This document shows, piece by piece, positions 57,958 to 64,000 of a stretch of DNA of 64,000 bases; the stretch's first letter is position 1, and each line of letters opens with the position of its first letter. The DNA lies in contig CM000208.1 of NCBI GenBank assembly GCA_000002445.1, forward strand, positions 1,312,001 to 1,376,000, read 5' to 3'. The notes under the pieces were generated by a model. That model made no database searches, was not told where the DNA came from, and saw nothing but the letters and a program-made list of their open reading frames with translations. The DNA comes from Trypanosoma brucei. Its lineage: Eukaryota. Both the position numbers and the translations under genes were made by a program.

Positions 57958-60831
57958 ATGTCACAGAAAGAGGAGAATAGCGTCAACGGCGATGAGACCA
58001 ATACAACCCTGCCGCGTGCGGTGTTAAAGACGCGTACAGCGTCTCAGCTCTACAAAGAAGGGGGGAGCGTAGGCACCATGGCGTCGTTTAACTCATTGCC
58101 GCAGGTTGAACAGCTGTTATTCAAGGTACAGGCAGCAGAAATGACCCTTCTCGCAGCACTTGATGTTGCTGAACGAAGTCCTGAAGATAAGAAAATATTT
58201 GGCCATGCCACACTTACCATGGCAGAGAACTACCTCTCGGAAATTATTTCCATCATTCCACACTGCAGTCGCTCGACTGACGCACCCCACCTTTCTATCA
58301 ACAGTTCCGCGATTCAGCGGCTCATTGCGTTGTATGGGGCGTCCGATGATGTCGTTAAGTTTGTCGCGCACCTTTCCACATCGCAGCCGAGAGTAGCTGA
58401 ATTATCTCCTCGTGACGTAACAACTGTAGTATACAACATTAGTGAGGTCGCTCGGCTGTTCAAGCAGTCTATGAAAGAGAGTGGAGAGCAGTGCGGTGTT
58501 TTCACCAAATCAACAACAAGCTTACAGCCTTCACCGATGAAGGAAAGTGAATCAGCCGTAGCTGATGAAGGGACTGTTCCTCCCGCACCAACGGCTGGCC
58601 GGAAACGAGGCCGACCTTCGCGGAATAAGTCTTCGGATACACCAGCGGAGCCTGGAGCTGAAGGTTCTCCTGAACACGGGACTTTCACGGGGGAGGGTGG
58701 CGCGGCGGCAAAGGATAAGAGGAAAAAATCTGAGGAGACTTCTTCTCGGAAACCGAAAAGTAACGAAGGAACACCGAGCGGTCCAAGAAAAATAAGTTAT
58801 TGTCGCCTACGTGCGCTGACAACCGCGGAAAAGAGAGTCACCACCAGTCTCAACCAGATAGTCCAGCTTCTGGGACATTTATATGCTCACCAATACAACG
58901 ATTTGTTGCCAGTGTTTGGATTTCTTGAGGCACGGGTGAAACAACTGCAAGAAACCATTGATGTGGAGCGTGCTGCCTTTGCAAAGAAAGATATCGCAAC
59001 GAGATCCCCAGAGCCTTTCATTGGGGTTTCAGTGCAGTCCATCATAGCTGCAATCCGATCTTCTCTTCACACTTACTCAACGGAGGAATGGTGTCGGCAA
59101 GAATTCGATGAGGACCTGCTTCACCCCGTAGCTCATGCGTGCATGACAGAGGTAAACCGCATTGAGGGTTTCGCAACCGAGCCTTTTGTAGGAATTACTG
59201 CTGAAGCACTAGCTGCAAAAATCGCCACTCGGAAGGCTGCACGCATCAAACTGGAGGAAAAGTGGGAGAAAGAGCGGGAACGTGCGAGGGAGAAGGAGGA
59301 GGCACAGGTTAAATACAACGAAGAACGACGTTGGCTGCGAGCGCGGTTTGGTGATATAGACAAGGCGAGCCTTGTAGAAGACACTTCTATAGATAATCCT
59401 GCTGTGTCTGCTCCTGTGTACTACAGCGATCTCCCGTTGCAAGATGTGGAATTGTATGAGCGGGCACTTTTTGTTTGGACGATGCTTGTGTCCGTTCCTC
59501 AAGCTTTGCGTCTTTCACAGATGCCCTTCAATATATTTCTGAAATCTGTTACCACGGGAGTTGGTGGAACTGATACACTGATTGAGGAAATTGTGAAGTC
59601 TTTGTTAGAGGTGCTAGTGGAAAACCTCCGTGCGGGCAACGGCTCACGAATCAACATCAAGGGAAAGTATTGGTTTGACGCCATGGTGGAGTTCGTTGCA
59701 GTGACAAGTGGAAACCGGAGGAAGCGGGATAACAAGCAGAAAAAGGACATCAAGGAGGAAGAAGAAGAGGAGGAGGAGGAAGAAGAGGAAGGGGAAGAAA
59801 CGGAGGATGAGACAGTTGAGGAACAGGAGGAGGATGAAGAAGAGGCGCAGGAAAAAATAGAGGGCAGTACTGACACAGAAAAAACCGGTAACGACCGAGA
59901 ACCCCAGAACTCTGAGGACTTGAAGCAAGATGTGGAAGAGGAAAAAAGTAAGGAAGAGAATGAAGGCGAAAATCTCGCCAACATGATCAGGGGGACCATG
60001 GAAAACGTGGCTGAGCTCCGCAACATGGCGACGTGGTTTAACATAAACTTACCTGATCGTCTCAACCTCCTGTATTACTTGGTGTTAGAAGCGCTGCATA
60101 CTCCCGTGGTGCAGGGCGAAGCCGAAAAGATGCGGAAAAGGTACGAGGAGCAACAGTTGCTCGTCGGAAAGTGCATCAAGGAAGTTTGTGAGGAGGCATG
60201 TAAAGAGTTCAAGGGCCTTGCCAGGAAACTAGCGGTGTCGAAATCTGAAGACGAGGAGCAGTCTGTCGAAGAGAAACGGAAAGAAATTCTGCAGGAGTGC
60301 AGTAACCGCCTCAAAAGTACTGTCGAGGAACAAATAGGGGTACAAGACGGTAAGGATGTTGGTACTATAATCCGTCCCATAGGCATGGACCGCTACAAGA
60401 GAGTGTACTGGCGTTTGCCATTTGATCGCCACATTACGGTTCAAAGTACACAGGCCACAAACTTGGATTTCCCAGCTCTGCGTGGTGTTACGTATTTGGC
60501 GGAGCGCACCTCCCACAGTTTCGCTGGAAACTTGCTTGATGACGATGATTGTGAAACAGGCGTGCAGGTGGGGAGCACCGAAAGCGCTAGTGCCCAGGGC
60601 AGTGCCAATGATCAGATACCTCAGAAGGTTTGGGGAACTGTGCCACTAACCTGCCTGGGTACTTTTATAGAAGGTTTGGATAGGCGTGGCGTTCGTGAAG
60701 GGGAGCTCAGGCGGAACCTGGAGATTTTGCAGCCGTACCTAGCAAGCATGAGCGAAATAACTGGGGGACGCATCACAAGATTCAGGTCTCAGACCTTCGG
60801 TTATCAGAACAAGCTAAGGCTCGAGTTGTGA
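57958..60831 (+). CDS. Putative chromatin-associated protein (957 aa): AT-hook, DDT-like and WHIM-like motifs, long acidic (poly-Glu) tract
   Basis: ATG at 57958. AT-hook-like GRKRGRPSRNK. DDT-like helix pattern DVELYERALFVWTMLVSVPQALRLSQMPFNIFLKSV. Acidic tract KEEEEEEEEEEEGEETEDETVEEQEEDEEEAQE. WHIM-like LNLLYYLVLEALHTPVV further downstream. Confidence 0.55.
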   Translation: MSQKEENSVNGDETNTTLPRAVLKTRTASQLYKEGGSVGTMASFNSLPQVEQLLFKVQAAEMTLLAALDVAERSPEDKKIFGHATLTMAENYLSEIISIIPHCSRSTDAPHLSINSSAIQRLIALYGASDDVVKFVAHLSTSQPRVAELSPRDVTTVVYNISEVARLFKQSMKESGEQCGVFTKSTTSLQPSPMKESESAVADEGTVPPAPTAGRKRGRPSRNKSSDTPAEPGAEGSPEHGTFTGEGGAAAKDKRKKSEETSSRKPKSNEGTPSGPRKISYCRLRALTTAEKRVTTSLNQIVQLLGHLYAHQYNDLLPVFGFLEARVKQLQETIDVERAAFAKKDIATRSPEPFIGVSVQSIIAAIRSSLHTYSTEEWCRQEFDEDLLHPVAHACMTEVNRIEGFATEPFVGITAEALAAKIATRKAARIKLEEKWEKERERAREKEEAQVKYNEERRWLRARFGDIDKASLVEDTSIDNPAVSAPVYYSDLPLQDVELYERALFVWTMLVSVPQALRLSQMPFNIFLKSVTTGVGGTDTLIEEIVKSLLEVLVENLRAGNGSRINIKGKYWFDAMVEFVAVTSGNRRKRDNKQKKDIKEEEEEEEEEEEEGEETEDETVEEQEEDEEEAQEKIEGSTDTEKTGNDREPQNSEDLKQDVEEEKSKEENEGENLANMIRGTMENVAELRNMATWFNINLPDRLNLLYYLVLEALHTPVVQGEAEKMRKRYEEQQLLVGKCIKEVCEEACKEFKGLARKLAVSKSEDEEQSVEEKRKEILQECSNRLKSTVEEQIGVQDGKDVGTIIRPIGMDRYKRVYWRLPFDRHITVQSTQATNLDFPALRGVTYLAERTSHSFAGNLLDDDDCETGVQVGSTESASAQGSANDQIPQKVWGTVPLTCLGTFIEGLDRRGVREGELRRNLEILQPYLASMSEITGGRITRFRSQTFGYQNKLRLEL
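59752..59850 (+). repeat. GAR (gaa/gag) trinucleotide-rich coding repeat giving the poly-Glu tract
   Basis: gaggaagaagaagaggaggaggaggaagaagaggaaggggaagaaacggaggatgag... Confidence 0.85.
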
Positions 60832-61724
60832 GTTCGTTAGTTTTTTTTTTCGCTTCTCTGTAATTAATTTTTTTTTTTTGTACAACGAATTTTCGCTTAA
60901 TATTTTATGGTTTGGGTGTTAGGAAACCTTCAATTTATCCTTCTCTCCATATACATACGTTTGCACGTAATTGTCTCTGCGCGTTTCTTATTTATTTGGA
61001 GTCATTTCTTCAGCGGACGGTTCAACTTTTCCGCAGCTTGGGGTATGTCGCAATGTTCTTATCGATTTGCTTTTTGGCGGGGACTGAGATCCGCAGGGGA
61101 AAGTTATTGATGAGAAGCATGCGGTACATGACGAGGCGAGAGTTAAATGACAAGAGATAAAAGAAGGTAATAGGCAATTAATAATGGTGAGGACGATGAG
61201 GCCACCGCCTTCTGCCCAAGTATCGTGGCACAACTCTTTCTTTTCTTCTTAAATAATTCTTCTTCAGCCTTATCTTTCACCCATGGAAGTGATTCCCTAT
61301 TTTCTTCACCTCCAACTTACCGTGGTTGGGACAACTCCCGGTGTGTGCGTGAAGGGAAGAAAATGTTGGAATGACTATGGGATACTGGATACATAAGGCA
61401 GAGAGACAATCAGTGCACTGGATACAGAGTAACGCTCTCGCTCTTTTGCTCCCTGTGACTGAAATGGGCAGAAGAACCTGCGACTAAGTTTATGCATGTG
61501 TGCGCACCATTTTTTTTTTTTCGTATTGATTTGCTTGGTGAGTCCATTTGTTCTCTTCTTTGCACTACCTAAGGGGTATTTCCCCTTCCTTCTTCCCACT
61601 TCCTGCACAAACGTACGGCAATCTTTCTGTTTGTGTTGAGCACTTCCGCTTCAGCAGGCACTTGCATTCTCATTCATTGTTTTTTCTTCCTTCGTATTTT
61701 GGTTTGCTTAACAGTTCGAAGACC

Positions 61725-62102
61725 ATGCGGACGATTGACTGCGAGTTCTCGCACTTCGCTGTACATCCGGGCCATGGCCGCCGCTACGTCCCGTTTGCCT
61801 TCTTATCAACGAAGCCTGTGCTGACATTTGCGCGCCCGAAGTGTTTCGCGATGTACATGCGCAAAAAGAACCCACGCTTTATTGCCTGGACCCGCACGTA
61901 CCGCCGCATTCATCGGAAGACGACGACCGACCGCGTGGGCCGCCGCCGTGCCGCCCGCACAGTGAGGACAGAGCGCGCCATCGTCGGTGCTGAGCTCTCC
62001 TACATTCAAGAAGTGCGAGCAAAGGCGAAGAAGGTTGACCGTACCGCCAAGGGCAAAGCCGTGCGTGAGGAGATGGCTGCTCGTAAGGCAGCGAAGAAAT
62101 AG
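61725..62102 (+). CDS. RPL24: 60S ribosomal protein L24 (eL24), 125 aa
   Basis: Homology begins at the internal ATG at 61725: MRTIDCEFSHFAVHPGHGRRYVPF...KNPRFIAWTRTYRRIHRK. The TRASH-type zinc-binding N-terminus and basic C-terminal tail are characteristic of eL24. The upstream part of the track ORF (61548..) is pyrimidine-rich and not coding. Confidence 0.88.
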   Translation: MRTIDCEFSHFAVHPGHGRRYVPFAFLSTKPVLTFARPKCFAMYMRKKNPRFIAWTRTYRRIHRKTTTDRVGRRRAARTVRTERAIVGAELSYIQEVRAKAKKVDRTAKGKAVREEMAARKAAKK

Positions 62103-62428
62103 AGGCGGTGAAATACACTTGATCTGCAAAACTCTAACACCCAATGGTCTGTGGGCAAACAGCTTTTTAACCGTTTAGTTTTCTTTTTGTTTTAAAAATT
62201 GGATGCATATGGCAAGGTGGGTGTTGGTTACCCCAACGACCGCCACGTTAACAGGTGATCCAAGGGTTCAACGGCGGATCTTTTTTTGTTGACTGTTATT
62301 CTTTGTGCCTTTCTTCTTCGCATGCTTTATTACTCTAATGAATTTGTATTCATTTTTTCTTTCCCTACCTTTACACCTTCATTATACGTGCCACCCTACG
62401 GCAACCAACTGTCGTTAACGTCCATTAT

Positions 62429-63865
62429 ATGATATCTTACAAGCGGCGAAACATGTTCCTTGCAGATGGTAGACGAGTTTTGGTTGGAAACTTTATTATG
62501 TCCATTTCCACTATAATAGTTACCTTTTATCTCACGCAGGGGCACTTACAGGTGGGTCAGTGGCGCCTCCTGGATGACATCTCTCCGCGGTTGTCAGAGG
62601 CTGCGCGGAAGATTGGAATGCTTGAGGTTGAGTTGCCATATCCTTTCAACCACGTTAGCGCCGTTGTCGCCAGTCCAACAGGTATAGCAGACGCTGGTCA
62701 TAAGGTTATGCGTTTTTTTGGTACAAATTTGCGTTCCAACATCATAACGGAAAAAGTGAATGGGGAAGCAGCAAACTTGCTTGCTACTGGTTTTAGCAGT
62801 GAAAGTACAATATTGGCTCACCTGCTGTCGCCTAAGGCTGATGGACCCCTCGGAATAATGGGAATACTTCATCTGTGCTCGGCCACCAGCTGCATGGCCC
62901 CTTATTTCACACAACAATATGCAACTGTAACGGTACGGCCTTCAGGAAATTATCGCCTATTCGTAGGTGCACTTGTTTACGGAGACGTCTTCTTGGGTTC
63001 GGTCGTTGAGAATGACCTTGCCGCTCTTGATGTTGTGCTGCCTCGTGCCTCCAGGGGGAGGGAAGCAACAGGAGCTATGCCACTCCACGGCGTTGTTGGC
63101 GGGAGCTATGCGGGGAAGAGCGTGACTGTTAAGTGTTCGGTCTCAATCAATAGTTGTCAGTATGAGTTTCGAGACGATGACACTGACGCATCACATCCTT
63201 CAGTCACCGTCGTTCACCTGGATGACGTAAAGTTGGGCGAGGCCGAGCTCCCTGTGATGGGGTTTCGTGTGGTTCACATTGATCTTAATTCTGAAGAACA
63301 ACTTGCGATCGTGACTTATCTCACGGGTTTGTTGCACGTGTCCGCGAGGCCTGAGCATATCATTGTTACGCTCTACCCCTCACCCTTTCTCGAAGAGACT
63401 ATAACGGCTGTGGACGTTTTGAGAGTAAGTGTGCCTTACAATGTTTTTATCGAGGGCGGCAGGTGCAGGTTAACGACAAATTCATCAACTGTGCCCTCCG
63501 CTGAAGTTCTGCGCCTCGTTTTGCGTCGGGCAGGTACCTCAGCGTCATCTGCCCTCAACACTCGGAGCTACGCGGCCGAACCATTATGTGTCCTAGTACT
63601 GTCAAAGTCAATCACGTCGTTGTCACAACTGTTGGAGCATGTTGCACCGACCAAGCAGGAAGACGTTATGAAAACATTCCTGGGTACAAGCTTGGATCAG
63701 GGCAGTCACAGAGGAGTACCATGCAGAGGGAAACACAGCAAACCAAATGCTTTCAAATGGATCTTGCTAATAACAGTGCCGCTGCTGGTTGCTGGACTGC
63801 TCGCTTGCGGCATGCTTTATGGGAGAAGGCGTGTGCCGTTGTTGTGGGAGGACAAAAGACCATAA
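62429..63865 (+). CDS. Hypothetical membrane protein (478 aa): N-terminal hydrophobic signal/anchor, large lumenal/extracellular domain, single C-terminal TM plus a short basic tail
   Basis: ATG at 62429. N-terminus ...RRVLVGNFIMSISTIIVTFYLTQG. C-terminus KWILLITVPLLVAGLLACGMLYGRRRVPLLWEDKRP. Confidence 0.5.
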   Translation: MISYKRRNMFLADGRRVLVGNFIMSISTIIVTFYLTQGHLQVGQWRLLDDISPRLSEAARKIGMLEVELPYPFNHVSAVVASPTGIADAGHKVMRFFGTNLRSNIITEKVNGEAANLLATGFSSESTILAHLLSPKADGPLGIMGILHLCSATSCMAPYFTQQYATVTVRPSGNYRLFVGALVYGDVFLGSVVENDLAALDVVLPRASRGREATGAMPLHGVVGGSYAGKSVTVKCSVSINSCQYEFRDDDTDASHPSVTVVHLDDVKLGEAELPVMGFRVVHIDLNSEEQLAIVTYLTGLLHVSARPEHIIVTLYPSPFLEETITAVDVLRVSVPYNVFIEGGRCRLTTNSSTVPSAEVLRLVLRRAGTSASSALNTRSYAAEPLCVLVLSKSITSLSQLLEHVAPTKQEDVMKTFLGTSLDQGSHRGVPCRGKHSKPNAFKWILLITVPLLVAGLLACGMLYGRRRVPLLWEDKRP

Positions 63866-64000
63866 TTTCATGAAAGCCCCAATATATATTGGTGGTTCCT
63901 ACTCGTCGCATTTTAGGTGCTCGTGACGATCTGGGGACCAATCCCTCGCTTGCAGGTGAGTATATAGTGACAACCGCACTGGTCAGAAAGGTAAAGTGGA

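Noticed and set aside
1-64000. Prokaryotic feature classes (CRISPR arrays, operon promoters and terminators, IS elements, Shine-Dalgarno-led operons)
   Set aside because: The gene content (dynein, IFT122, eIF6, 40S/60S r-proteins) is eukaryotic, and the polycistronic same-strand layout with pyrimidine tracts is kinetoplastid. I saw no direct-repeat/spacer arrays or inverted-repeat-bounded transposase genes.

Overview
This window looks like a eukaryotic, kinetoplastid-type (Trypanosoma-like) nuclear segment, not a prokaryotic one. About 22 protein-coding genes sit on the + strand with no strand switch. There are no introns, and pyrimidine-rich tracts sit in front of most ORFs, the layout expected for trans-splice acceptor regions in a polycistronic transcription unit.

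The ORF track allows GTG and TTG starts. Several long ORFs (dynein, IFT122, the AMPK-like kinase and the ORFs at 46920 and 49609) therefore begin upstream of the first usable ATG. I trimmed those to the first in-frame ATG behind a polypyrimidine tract.

Genes recognised:
- a protein with four C2 domains and a coiled coil
- a STE7-family MAP kinase kinase
- a DEAH-box RNA helicase
- an NFU-type Fe-S scaffold protein
- eIF6
- an SNF1/AMPK-alpha-like kinase
- two paralogous RNA-editing endonuclease-like proteins (U1-type zinc finger plus RNase III motif), about 38 kb apart
- a tandem pair of 40S S18 genes
- a dynein heavy chain of about 4140 aa
- a tandem pair of identical 40S S10 genes with a degenerate S10-like copy that has no ATG between them
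- IFT122
- 60S L24
- a putative chromatin protein with DDT/WHIM-like motifs, an AT-hook and a poly-Glu tract
- several large uncharacterised proteins, some with signal peptides or membrane anchors, one with a mitochondrial-presequence-like N-terminus

From memory the gene order resembles a Trypanosoma brucei chromosome 10 region (MKK, AMPK alpha1, KREN3, RPS18 x2, dynein, RPS10 x2, IFT122, KREN2, RPL24). I could not verify this without a database search. I found no CRISPR, rRNA, tRNA or recognisable retroposon.
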